Assembly: GCA_000697335.1 (NCBI GenBank)
Contig: JNEM01011052.1
Location: 1 to 37,026, forward strand
Direction of reading: 5' to 3'
Length of the DNA: 37,026 nucleotides
Source: Conidiobolus incongruus B7586
Taxonomy: Eukaryota
Both the position numbers and the translations under genes were made by a program. Below, one piece after another: positions 1 through 12,624 of this stretch. How positions within the stretch are numbered: position 1 is the stretch's first letter; every line of letters begins with the position of its first letter. The notes beneath the pieces are model-generated. The model did not search any database and was not told where the DNA came from. It saw only the letters and a program-made list of their open reading frames with translations.

Positions 1-29
1 ATATATATATATATATATATATATATATA
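1..29. repeat. (AT)n microsatellite at window start
   Basis: Direct reading of the sequence. Confidence 0.95.
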
Positions 30-2477
30 CTATACCTATATATTTCTTTACTTATTTTGTTTATATTTTATTATTCAAAATTAATAAATCATTAAAAATC
101 AGAAATTAAATTTTCCATTTATTTAAATCAGATATAGTTGATAAAACATTCAATAATTATAATAATTAATTACTATTTCCATTTTATTCAAAATTAGCAC
201 CAATAGTTCATAATTATGTCTTTTAATATAATTTGACCATAATAAAATAATAGTCAAAGATATCATTCAACAGAAAAGGCCAAGGAAAAGTTTTGATTTA
301 TTATTGTGAACAAATCACTATTATAATTTTTAAATCGAATTTGAAATGGTTGAATTGATCAAAATTTTGGTAATTATTGCATTTAAATTATTTTCCAATA
401 TAATTGATTTTTATTTTTTAGATTATGAATTGAACTATATTAGTCAAAACAATGGATAATAAAATTAATAAATTGAATGATATTATTAATACATAAATTG
501 ATATAACTTTCCAATTTTAAAACAATCAAGTAAGTTTAAAATTACAATATTAATGTTTTTGATAATTTATATAAGAATTCCTTATCTTAATAAAAATATT
601 TTTTAAAGTATAGGCTTGGTTTCGAAAATACTAAGTTGGACTTAGTATTAATTGAAATAAATAGTTTGATTTAATTAAGTTATGAGTATTATAAAAAGAT
701 ATTTTTACAAACTTATGGCAAAAATCAATTATAATTAAAAATTTAATATGAGAACATAAAGCTAAATATTTTGAATGATATAAATTGGATATAAAATTTG
801 CATTTTGTAAGAAAGATATGAATATATCAAAATTATATTTAGTCGAGATTTAATACATTGAATAATTCCTTGATTTTTTATATAATGTATAAGAATTAAA
901 TTTTTGATTTTAAAGATCTATTTCCATTTGGTTTAAAAAACTTAAATTAAGAAATTATATGATAGATATATTTCAACACTGAATTATACATTGATTTGAT
1001 TTTCAGCGTTATTAAATACTTGCAATATTTTTTTGGACATCTTATGAAATCTGATAAAGATATTATGTACTTTGTTATTTATTAAATTTTTAATCAATTT
1101 TAAAATGAAATTGCATTATATATAGCTATATTACAAAAAATGATCTGATTGAAAAAATGTAAGTTTATTAATTTAATTCTTGCCAAACTCTTTTTAATTT
1201 ATGAGTTTTCTTTGAGGTTTCATAGAATAAGAACTAATTAGTATATACTTTAATATTTATATTAATTACTATGCTTCATTATATTCAAAGAGAAATAAAT
1301 GATTTCATTTTAATCCTGTATATTATATTTTAGCTATTTTGATACATGATATTTTCAAACTATTTTGTTGAATATTTTTACCTTTTATTTAATTTATAAA
1401 TAATTTGAATATGATTTTAATCAGTTATTAATATGAATTGACAAAATAGTATACTCTCTTATATTTGTTTATATTATATATTTTGAATTCAAAGAAATTA
1501 TCTAATAATCTAAATATATATATGATATGTTAATTATATCCAATTCAAACATAATTTAATTCTGAATTGCTCGAATATCACTAAGATAATTAAATAAACA
1601 AAAATAATTGTCAATTAATGGTTTTATATATAGCCTTATATAACCTATAATAAGCAAATAACAAAAAAATTGATTTTTTTAAGAAAATGGAAAAATATAA
1701 CAAAAGAATAATATAGAGTCAATTCGAATCTGACTGAGGTCAGTATCTTATGTAATAATGATTTACACAAAATGATGAATATTGTAACAAGTATTTAAAC
1801 TTGTTTAACATTTTTTATATCAATTAAATATAATGCTTAGTATAAAAATTTAATTTATTGATATGCATCATTGATATTTTTTATTAATAAAATGAAAAAA
1901 TAATAATAATTCTTTGGAAGAATTCATGTCAATTGCTTTAATTAAGACATTTAACTAATGAAATCATTACCATGATTTATATTATGTAATTTGTATTTTG
2001 AATTATATAATCAGTAGATATAATAATAATTAGAATAAAACAACCAAATTTGATATTAATATTAAAATTTTTATTGAGTTATAAAAAATAAAGACTCCGA
2101 GTAAAAGGAATGAAAGCTTAACAAAAAACATAGTATTAATAAGGAACCTAGAATATATATAATATAATAATATCATTAATTTTGATTTACAATTTGGATA
2201 TAGTAAACAACTATTAAAGTGATTATTAGTTTTTGAGATGTATTTATTTTATTTTAATTATTAATGATTTATTTGCGATATTATCAAATATAATTTATTC
2301 CATATCAATTCAAATATTCAAATATATAATTTAACATATATTGTGAAAAATTCCTTATTATCTATTTTGGACTTGTAATATATTACTTAAATAAGTTGAG
2401 GCTAACAAATTATTTATCATTGTTCATAGTCCCATAATTTATTTCAAAAAAAACTATATAAAAATATACAATATTAA

Positions 2478-2745
2478 AGAGGATGTAGTTAAGGACCTTA
2501 GTAAGTCCTTAAACTGCTAACACCATTCCATACCCCATAATACCATTTACAATCCCCTCCCGCTCTTGAGTATACTGATATTACTACATCCCCAATAACT
2601 CTCAATACAAACAAAACCCTTAACTCTGGAACCGTATCTTTGGGTGGATCCCACAAGTTACGGATCAATATATTCTGCAAAATATAGCTTTTATTCGTCC
2701 TTAGGTCTAATAAAATTATCTTCATTCAACAGAGGATGTAGTTAA
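2478..2745 (+). mobile_element. Small GC-elevated inserted element: solo-LTR-like, or an insertion with a 15-bp TSD
   Basis: Exact 15-bp direct repeat AGAGGATGTAGTTAA at 2478-2492 and 2731-2745. Also parses as TGT...ACA (2484-2731) flanked by GAGGA/GAGGA, with AATAAA at 2709. Confidence 0.65.
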
Positions 2746-3105
2746 TAAGTATTGTTGGAAATAATGGATATTTACAGAAAATTGCAAATATCTGATTTTA
2801 AATTATATATTAAAAAATGTGTTATTTAATCAAGTGAAAAAATTATATTTAATGATTAACGATATTTAAAAAATGATAAATAAAAGTTTTCGTATTACAA
2901 TTGACCCATTTTAATCGTTGCTTATTGTGATTTTATTGTATTTCACGCAAGTCATATATTTATATAATTATATTCAACAATATCGAAATAATAGAATAAT
3001 TTATGAATTAATTTCCAATCTCATTAAAAAAGTCACTATAAATTGCAATAAGATAATTTAATATAAGAGGAATCTAGAACTTTTGTCAATTATAATAGTT
3101 CCAAG

Positions 3106-3543
3106 TGATGAAGAATAATCTTGTTCATCACTCAAGAAACTCTGACTATTGCACTAATGCAAGAAGTCACATTGGAAGTACTTCATTTTATGAACTAGTC
3201 TAACTTAGTGCTTTCCACCTGAAGTTATTCATAGCCACCCAAACTCAACAATTGAACCTATTATAAGATCATCACAAGCCAATCAATAAACCAATCTTTC
3301 TATCTTCATTTTCAAAAGTATCCAGTCTCTAAGTTTTTCTCGTAACACTCACAAAACGTATTGAGTTGTGACGAGCGTGAGATATTTACTTTATTCGAAG
3401 ACCTTGATTTGCAGTAAGCTATTTTCACCCAATTTGGTGAACCCTCTTAATTTCCCTTAACCTTGTGGTAATCTATCATTTACCACTGGCGATTCCCCGT
3501 TTAAGCTCTAAAAGACTACCTCCTCCCACGTTTACGGTCGTCA
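3106..3543 (+). mobile_element. Solo LTR, family A, copy 1 (438 bp)
   Basis: TGATGA...TCGTCA termini; 4-bp TSD CAAG (3102-3105 and 3544-3547); TATAAG near 3262 then AATAAA near 3285; end-to-end similarity to 35827-36261. Confidence 0.88.
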
Positions 3544-4163
3544 CAAGCTTAAATTTTGATTAGAATACAATTTGTTATTTCTAAGTGATTAATATGTTTT
3601 GTCAGATTAAATTTTGTGATTTCAATTATATTAAATATTAATAATTTAACAAATATTGAATCATATTATAAATAATGATTGAAATTATAATTGAAAATAT
3701 TAAAATATCCAATATGGTAACTTTTTAATATTAGTGTATTATTTTATAATAATTTAACCTTAAATTCTTAATGTTGAAAAAATAATTTACTAATATATCC
3801 TCTAACTTCAAATTCAATGTTTATTTTTATATTAATATTAAAGTTGTATTTTTAGTATTTATATATTACCAGACGAAATATACATGGTAAAATGTTTTAT
3901 AAACCTAGAAACTTAATATACAGTTTAAATAATGAATTTCGAGAGTATAATAATATTTATCTCTTTCCATCATCCATATAAAAAATTTGATATTTATAAT
4001 TTCATAGTGGTTGTTGTTAGTGATAAGGTTGAATTGAATTATAAGGAAAATATGATAAAATAGGATATGTAACTTAGATAACGATCATGATGTAATGAAA
4101 TCATGATAAAAATTGGGATAAATATTTTAAAAAAAATAATTTGAAACTATTATAATAAATTGA

Positions 4164-5294
4164 TTATTTTCTATATAAATTATAATGATATGTTCTAGAA
4201 TCATGTTCTTGAAGTTCTCGATAATCGGAAATCGGATTAATAGATTTAGAAAATTTTTCGTTTGTCCTGATATGATGTGATTCATTTCTCCCAGAGAAGT
4301 GTGAATAAGAGATGGAATTCTCCTTGGATAATGGAAAGTTCGTTTCTGTGGAGTTGTATCTTCCGGATGACTGATCCCTTACTGATATATACTTGGAACT
4401 GGTATAAGGTGTATGATGAGAGCGGGGCACTATAGTGCTAGTCTGATAACGCGGTATTGGTATATGATCTCTAAAGTGAAGTGATGGGTGTATAGGAGTA
4501 GGCTTGATTTTAAAGGGGTACGATGAGTGATTAGTGGTAGATGTAGTTTGTCTTGGTGATATTATAGGCTGAGGTGTAGTGAAAGATATCGGAGAAGAAT
4601 CTGCTAACTGTTTTTTAGAATTGCTACTTGGTGGTTGAGGATATAGATGGGCATAGATATAATTAAGTAAACGAGTACCCCGATTAAAGTCATTGTTTGG
4701 ATCTGTTGGAGGTGGTGTATTGGATAACTTTTTGTACTCTGCAAGATAGGAGTTGAAATTAATGGAATCAAATTGGTTATTGGATGATGTGACACAAGCA
4801 AGCAAAGCCATACAGGTTAAGAGAAATTCAAAATAAAAACCTTTAGGTTGGTAGTATCTTTCCATTAGCTCTGAGTTATCGATTACTTGAATTGAGGGAT
4901 TTAGATTCGTCATAAACCAATTAATTGATTTCATATCATATCTAAAATGTGGGTTGCAACTGGCATTAACAATATGATTTATGGCGGGCAAATGTGAGTC
5001 TTTTGAAGGATGAATCGATTTTGGCTTGGGGCCTCTCTTTTTTCTTGGAGTTAAAAATGTACACTTTTTATTCTTTGTAGAGCATGAAGAGCAGCATGAT
5101 CCTTCAACACTGTCGCATTTGGACTTTGTTTTTTTACACTCATCACATGCTCGCAAGCTTATCCTCGTGCGTGATTTAGTACGACCATCAATGTTTGAAT
5201 TATTATTTGATGTTGACGATGATACAATAGATGCATCATTATGCAAGAGATTTGGCTCCATTAATATTTTATTTGGCGGTACTGATCTTGCCAT
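4164..5294 (-). CDS. Zn(II)2Cys6 (GAL4-type) fungal transcription factor, 376 aa, intronless
   Basis: ACDECKKTKSKCDSVEGSCCSSCSTKNKKCTF followed by the basic RKKRGPK linker; short remnant resembling the middle-homology region; Ser/Pro/Thr-rich tail. Confidence 0.93.
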   Translation of the reverse strand: MARSVPPNKILMEPNLLHNDASIVSSSTSNNNSNIDGRTKSRTRISLRACDECKKTKSKCDSVEGSCCSSCSTKNKKCTFLTPRKKRGPKPKSIHPSKDSHLPAINHIVNASCNPHFRYDMKSINWFMTNLNPSIQVIDNSELMERYYQPKGFYFEFLLTCMALLACVTSSNNQFDSINFNSYLAEYKKLSNTPPPTDPNNDFNRGTRLLNYIYAHLYPQPPSSNSKKQLADSSPISFTTPQPIISPRQTTSTTNHSSYPFKIKPTPIHPSLHFRDHIPIPRYQTSTIVPRSHHTPYTSSKYISVRDQSSGRYNSTETNFPLSKENSISYSHFSGRNESHHIRTNEKFSKSINPISDYRELQEHDSRTYHYNLYRK

Positions 5295-7519
5295 ATAGAT
5301 TTATTCGAGAAAATTTTAGACACAATAAAGATAATATTTTAATAAATAAAAATAAACAAGAATTAAGATATTTTATGAAATTTTTAGCTAAAGCATATAT
5401 TGATTTAAGGAATTTTGATTCTTTTATACTACGAATTTCGGGTTAATTAGTTTGTATTTTTTTGGATTGAGGAATTTTTTTAATCCAGTTTGTTCTACTT
5501 CTGTATCCAATCAATATTCTACCTTTAATTATTATAATTATACCATATATGGATATATTCATTTTATTCTTTATTTTTCCTTCAATATTTTCCCATTAAA
5601 ACATTATTAATAATAACAAGGTTATTTAGATTTTAAAATATATATAATATTTAATATTAAAAAGATCAAAATATCTATTAGTTGATAACATTTCATGATG
5701 CTATGTTGCTATAGTAAGAATTCTATCCGATTTAGCATTATGATTAGAACCAAGTATCAATAATACCAAATGGATAAAACTCAAAAGATCCATATAACTT
5801 GTAAATATTACATTTTTAATTTAAACTTTGAGACTTAATTTAGAATAAAATAAAATCCACAATTGAAAAAAATTATCTGAAACTATTATTGAAAATATAT
5901 TTTAGGTGAACTTTTTAATATAGGTATATTAAGTAACGGTAGTTACCAATTATATTAGTGTCTTTATATCCATTCAAGATATATGGAATATCACTATTCA
6001 GAAAATGTTCGATTTTGTTTATAAAATTTGTCATGCTGATATTCTGAGCTAGCATGATTTAAGAATTTGGAGAATGTATGACCATGATGATATTTCTAAC
6101 TAATTGATATTAATAGATTGATCTATGATTTAAAGATTTGTAAATATATAAAAATTAATATATTATATACATATTAACTTCCTCATTTGGAAACGATTCA
6201 GCAATATATTAGTGTTTAAGAGATTGTGAAAAAGGGAAACGTGGATTATATAGATATTTAATGAGTCAATATTAACATAAAAATTACAATTTGAAGACTA
6301 ATAAATCTGATAATATGGAGAATTATCATTTAATTTCATTCAACAACCAGCTATTTAAGATAAATTAGTCCTATTGTATTGGCATAATACTATTTTAATA
6401 AACCAATAAATATGAAAACGTGATCATTTATTCCTTTTAGGAGTATCTTATCATAAGTTCATCAACAAAATTTAATATCTTAAATTTTTAAAATTGGAAT
6501 ATATAAAAAATTTAGAAATTTATTTTAATAATATTTATAATATATATTTAAGACTTTTCTGATTTAATTTTGAAAATGATATAAAATATATTTATACATT
6601 CATTAATAAATATTGATTTGTATTATATTTTTGTTAAAATTGTCAATGGATTTTACAAAATGGATGAAATAGTGTTAATTTAATAAAAATTATTTTGTTT
6701 AGAGATATCTTTCCATATATGTGAAATTTTTGAAAATATAAGACAGAGTTTAATGCCATTCATATTATTTCTTTAATAAATATTAATAAAATATAGTTAT
6801 ATAATAACATCTGGAAAAGAGTTTTACTGTTCAATTCAAAATAAAGCAATGCCTGGTATGAGTTATATATTGTTGATACTAATGGAAACAATTTAATAGA
6901 TATTATAATATATATAGATTTTCTTCAAATGTCATATTACTTTAACTTTTTAATTAAATACATTTTTGTGATATTTAGAATTTTGCAGTTAAAAATCTTT
7001 TTTTTTGATCCAATTGTCAAAAATATATAAGGATTAAAATATTTTGATTCTGAAATATTTTAGAAAATTTAATAAGTATAACAGTTGATATAGCACAAAA
7101 TTACTATTGTTCAGAGGATATCAATAATTATAATTGTATAGATAATTTGAATTAAACATATAATTTTGATTAAAGAAAGAACCAACAATCAATTTTTTAA
7201 AATATATTGACTTTTGAACATCAATATAACCATAAAATTTTACACATATATAATACTACAAAATATTGTTCAATTTCTCAACCTATGATTATATAAATTT
7301 TTTCTTTAATTCATACCAAAAGTTTTGGATATTATTTTAGTATATATTAAATTTGTTTAGTTGAAATTCAAATTTAAATTTTTAATAATATAAAGAGTGA
7401 AATTAGGATTGAATTTTACTCAAATAAAAAATTTCAATTGAGGAGAAGTTTAAAAAGATTTTATTATTTTATTAGAGAGATTGTTATAAGTAATGTATAA
7501 AAATAAGAAAATATATATT

Positions 7520-7524
7520 AAAAA
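7520..7524 (-). terminator. RNA polymerase III T-run terminator of the tRNA
   Basis: TTTTT on the minus strand, 6 nt past the discriminator base. Confidence 0.75.
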
Positions 7525-7530
7525 GTCGAT

Positions 7531-7612
7531 TCAACAGAGAGAGGTTCGAACTCTCGCCCCCGAAGAGACCACGGCCTTAACGTGGCGCCTTAGACCACTC
7601 GGCCATCTGTCC
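7531..7612 (-). tRNA. tRNA-Leu(AAG), intronless, long variable arm; G1:G72 mismatch
   Basis: Reverse complement folds as GGACAGA TG GCC GAGTGGTCTAA GGC G CCACG TT-AAG-GC CGTGG TCTCTTCGGGGG C GAGAG TTCGAAC CTCTC TCTGTTG A; A and B boxes intact. Confidence 0.93.
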
Positions 7613-8280
7613 ATACAACATGGAATCAAATGATATTCATTTGTTGAATTATGTTTAAATAAACAGAGAATTTTTTCTACTAAAACATAATTAATCGCAA
7701 TCCTTCTAGCATATCAAAATTATTTCTTCATTCAAATTTATCATACTTTTCGTATTTATAATATTCCTTGAATGCTTTTACAAATTTTATATTTTTGATA
7801 AATTTCTATTAGCTGATTTCTTTTTTCTCATAATGATATCAATTAAAATATTCAAATTAAACTCAATACAAAGTTTATTTCTTTTATAAAATATAAAGTT
7901 GTATTCGATCATATCATTATAATTAATATTGAATTTATAAAAACGTTTTATAATTTTTAATATCATTTAATCCTAAAAATATTTTTATTAATTTTGTATA
8001 TCTAGATAATTATTTAGAATTGATTGATTATATTAATGAGGATAACCATTTGTATAATGAAAACATATAACTATTATAAATATATATTGACATATTTTGC
8101 ATAGATACCGATGATTGGCTAGTTAAGCAATAAAGATATATTGCATATTGTATTTAAGAATGTAAGATTTATGAAATTTGAAATGAATATAATATATAAT
8201 AAATATCAGGATTCAAAGTAAAATATTTTGTCGAAAATTTCAAAATTTAATTAAAATAATAAAACCGAATCAGAAAATAA

Positions 8281-10608
8281 TTATCTCTTATTTTGGTATC
8301 TTGGATCCGTAGCCAGTTTAGTAATATCGGGTAAAAATAATTGATCTAAAACGAAATTTAAATCCATTCCAACTTCCCTTAACTGAATCAAAAAAGGTAT
8401 TATTAATATTAAAACAATTTAAATTTCAATTGAATATACCTTTCTACATTCAATATTAGCAACTTTTAAACAACTTTCAATTACATTAAATTCCACATTA
8501 TTATCGAAGACTTGATTCCTAAATAATTGACAGAAATGTTCTAATTCAGACCGTACCCAATTAATCAAAGCTGAAAGTATAAAATTAATAAATAATTATG
8601 AATATTTAACTTAAATAATTTACCCGATCCCATACTCAAATCAGTAAAATTGGGAGTATACCATTTACAAGTATTTAAAATTAATAAGAATACCGTACGA
8701 CTTAATTCTCTTACAAAATTAAGTGTATTACCGTCTAATTTTAATTGTCTATAATTGATTATGTTAATTGACAAATGAAATTAGTAATTTACTAATATTT
8801 ACCTAATCCTAATTCGAATAATATTTTTACGAGATTCAAAGAAGACCTTTTGAGCCTAGAAATAAGAAAATATTAATATAAATTCATTAACCATTTATAA
8901 TATAAAATTACCTCTTCAATCAAATCCAACTTAATCAATAATTTGACGTTATTAAGTAAAATCTTTTTGGAACTATGAGGACAATTAGTAATATTATTAA
9001 TCAGGCTCGAACTCAATTCTTTAATCCTGAAATCCAATTGATTTTGCAATTCAGTTTTTAATGCACTATTAGTAATTTTAGCGACATTCGATTTAGCTAT
9101 ATATAAGAAATTAGTATTAAGTGGAAATGATATAAATGATTAATTACCATATATAATATGTTCGGTAGCTTCTTTGTAATGGTGATGATTGATGTACACA
9201 TCTAAATTATTCCAAAAATCATTGTCTAAAGGATGTTTTTCGTTTTGATTTGCAGTTCCTTGATCATCTTCAGTGGTTGAAGCTGAGGTGGGTGATGCGA
9301 TATTATCCATAGAGCTCTAATAATATATTCAATAAAACTGATTATATAAATTATGAAATTTATCAATTACTTTCTGAAGAGCTTGTCTCTTTTGACGATT
9401 AATAAACTCGTTATTAGCCCTTGCAAGGGATTTTAAAAACCTTCTTTTTTCATCTTTATTCATAGCCATAAAGATAAAAGTTTCATTTTTCCTAGTAATT
9501 CTAAAGGCGTTTTCAACTCCTAGATATTAAATAAAAGAATATTAAATTTAATTTGAATTTAATAATATCAATACCATTAGTATTATCTTTAAAATCAGAA
9601 ACGTGAATTTCTTTCAAACTCCAGCAACTTCTTGCGATTAAGGAAGCCTTGGTAGCTTGAGTAATATCTAACATGGTTTGTCTTTTAGCACGTACGGCTA
9701 CTAAAAAACTGTCAGTTAACAGAAAGAAATGGGCGTCTCTTTTAGGGCGAAAGTTATTGGGATCTAACTCCTTCCATCCTGGACTTTCCATTATGGGGCA
9801 TCTGTAAGGGACATAGGGTAAATATTCCTCACTTCCTTGAACAGCTTTCCAAATTTTAGTCAATTTCAATTTATTTTCTTCGTCGTTACTCGCAATTTGA
9901 TCGACTATTGAAGCTGGCTTAGAGGCGGTAGGACTTGCAGCATCTTTGATAGTTGATTGTGTATTAGGTTCATCTATATCTAGATAAATCAGGAAAATAT
10001 AGCTTAGAAGACTAATTTTAAATTACCTTGACTATCATAAGATTCGCTCTTCCCCAAAAATGTTTCACCAACAGTTTGTAAATCGGATAAAATATCATGT
10101 AATTCGTTTATATCAGTTTCCAAGCGCGTAATTTCTTTAGAAATAGTGACAAATTCGTGATAATGTCTATATACGTGTTTTTGAATTTTTTGAGTTGATT
10201 TGGTATAAGCATCTTGTAAATTCTGGTGAAAACTTTTAATTCCTTTATCTTCCAAATCTCCTAAACTTTGTAAATCTATTTGAAAGTTATATTATTAAAT
10301 ATTAAATTAAAAATTAATAAATATTTACATTCATCATCATTAAAATTATCTTTCAAAAAAGGCTCGAGTTCCACTTGAAGATTTAGTCTAGGTTTAGCAC
10401 TTGCTTGAACGGCTGCAGGTCCTGAAGTAATAAATGTATGGTTGATGGTGGAATAATTAGCTCCAGTATTGTAAGAATCGAATCTTGATTTGGTTTTAAT
10501 CAAATGAGGAGGGATTGAGGTTGGTGCAGAAATTTTAGGATTATTTAATTTTTTCTTAATATCATTTTGATAGCCTTTTTTATCTTTCTTTTTACTTCTA
10601 AAAGCCAT
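8281..10608 (-). CDS. EXO84: Exocyst complex component Exo84, multi-exon (first introns 10276-10328 and 9980-10026; several more short introns downstream)
   Basis: Vps51-like N-terminal coil (IQKHVYRHYHEFVTISKEITRLETDINEL); PH domain (WKELDPNNFRPKRDAHFFLLTDSFLVAV); C-terminal helical region (LDGNTLNFVRELSRTVF...LKEVGMDLNFVL); ends ATDPRYQNKR* at 8281. Joins four ORF-track fragments. Confidence 0.9.
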
Positions 10609-11780
10609 TCTAATTTAGCTATAATTGAAACTTTAAAAATTAATTAACAGCCATAAATATATATTCAATTTTATTTACTTATTTAATATATTTTATTTTA
10701 ACTATTTCACGAAAAAACTAATATTTTTATTTGTACTTAATAAATGGATAAAGGAAATTGGACTGGGATTTTACACATTTATTTGAATAAATTGAATTAT
10801 TTAAGTGTTATGGGATTTCAAATTCGATATTTTTAATAAAATTGATAGATTCAAAATAAAATCAAAAATATAATGTAGAGCATTTAACTATGATCAGTGG
10901 AGTATATTTATAAAAATAATCCATGGATATATGGTCAAGTTTTAAAATCGCTATACATTTATTTAATTTGGGTAGTAACATGATAAATACTGTAAATATA
11001 TAAAAATAATAATGTACAATCCGTTTTATATGTCTGGTTTTTGAATGGCATAAATTCACTAGCAGGTACGAAATTCATTTTTTTCAAATTATTTATTTAT
11101 AAAAATAGAGTATATATTATAATGAGCGATCACCACCTTAGACGATAATTCGAATATGATACATTTTATTGAAAATGTGATATCAATTAAATACTATTTC
11201 TTCATTTAATATATGAGTCAAAAATGAACATTATTACTTATTATTGTTATCTCAGGTTTGTAATATTTCGTCAATGATTGTTTTAATCATAAATGAATGG
11301 TATAGCAATATTTTACAATTTGAAGGTTTACATGATGGTTTGAAAATTTGAATAAATTTGATATTCTATTATGATATTAGAGTTCAAAATCTTTAAAATT
11401 GGTATTTTAAATATACATTACAGTTCAACTTCCCTTATCGCAAAGGAAACTGTTCGACTACAAGTTTACAAATTAACATTGGATTTATTATATTCTAAAA
11501 CTTGACTATATTTGATGTAAATAATAGCATCAAATATAAAATATAATTTATTTGAATTATATTTAAAAAAGAAATATATATTACCAAAAATATATAAAAT
11601 AATTATACTTTTACAATACAAAGATATCTGCAAGAATTATGAATTTAAAATTTGCTGTGACGGTCACTTCATATTTCAATTAAGGAAGTCTAATAGTGCT
11701 AATAAAACATTAAAATTTAAGATAGCCAATACATTTTGAGAGAATACATAAGCCAATTTAATTCAATAATGGCTAATCAA

Positions 11781-12624
11781 TTATAATGAATGGTCTAATA
11801 GATAATTGGTGGCTTGAACGAGGTCATTATTAAACTTTTCAAGTGCTTTGACTACATCAGGACGATTGAAACCCATATTCGTGAGTTGATCAATATGTTC
11901 AGGGTTGACAGTAGGGGGTGAGCTGGCAAAGGATTTGGGTGGGAGTGGCGGTGGGGATGCATTACGTCTTGGTATTACATGTGGAATAGAGCCAGGTAAG
12001 TTATTTTTTAGCACATGTGCATTTGGTGGAAGAGGACCATATTGTGGGCTGACAGTAGGAGGTGAAGCTGTGCGGAATGTAGGTGGTAAAGTTTGGTAAA
12101 TATTGACTGGTGGCTGTTGTGGGCGCTTTGGTAATTGGGGATTAAATACTTGTCCTAATTGTGCTAGGTCTTGCTTAACCGAATTTTGAGGATTTTCAAA
12201 ATTAATTTTATCTGAAGCTGAAGGTAAATTTTCTTCAAATTCAGATAAATCAAATGAAGGTTTGATGTGCGTATTTTTCTTAGAAGCTCCCGTTTCTGAA
12301 TCGATTTTAGAGAGACTATTTGTAGGAGCCAAAGTAGGCCTAGTATCCAAAGTTGGTGTACTCTCTCTTAATGGTGATTCACTTAATAAAGGATCAAGTT
12401 TATTAGTAGCATCTTGTCTTTCTTGATCTAGCAAAGATTCTTCTAAATTACAATCGACTTGTAGCTATTTAAACATTAGTATATAAATAGTAAAAGTATT
12501 ATAGAGGGCTTACATAGTCGAAATTTATAGGAAACTGAGTATATTCACTAGGTAAAGTTACACTTTGAGGAACGTTATAGGGCAAGTAAACAGCTAATCG
12601 ATAGTTATCTAATAAATGCTGCAT
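11781..12624 (-). CDS. UBAP1-like protein, about 264 aa: N-terminal UMA-like domain, Pro-rich linker, C-terminal UBA; exons 12624-12514 and 12464-11781
   Basis: 49-bp GT-AG intron with ACTAAT branch point joins in frame; N-terminus MQHLLDNYRLAVYLPYNVPQSVTLPSEYTQFPINFDYLQVDCNLEESLL; clear UBA domain (IDQLTNMGFNRPDVVKALEKFNNDLVQATNYLL). The UBA call is firm; the UMA call is by eye. Confidence 0.75.

Noticed and set aside
452..1100. Fragments resembling a decayed F-box/LRR-type gene (MDNKINK..., FPFGLKNL)
   Set aside because: Many stops and no continuous frame; indistinguishable from AT-rich noise without a search
1716..1744. Overlapping short palindromes AGTCA-ATTCGAAT-C-TGACT and ACTGA-GG-TCAGT
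   Set aside because: Too short, with no supporting context
2498..2725. 75-aa minus-strand ORF
   Set aside because: Lies wholly within the repeat-flanked element and has no recognisable motif
3106..3543. Family A repeat read as a decayed protein-coding gene or a known ncRNA (U3, RNase MRP, telomerase RNA)
   Set aside because: Stops in the frames examined in both copies and no diagnostic boxes; TG...CA ends with TSDs explain it as an LTR
4604..5446. ORFs 4604-4801, 5026-5298 and 5231-5446
   Set aside because: Alternate-frame or antisense shadows of the Zn2Cys6 gene
10862..11059. 65-aa ORF
   Set aside because: Non-ATG start, AT-rich composition, no motif
11421..11452. Small hairpin CAGTT...TTCCCTT/AAGGAAACTG
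   Set aside because: No snoRNA boxes or second supporting feature
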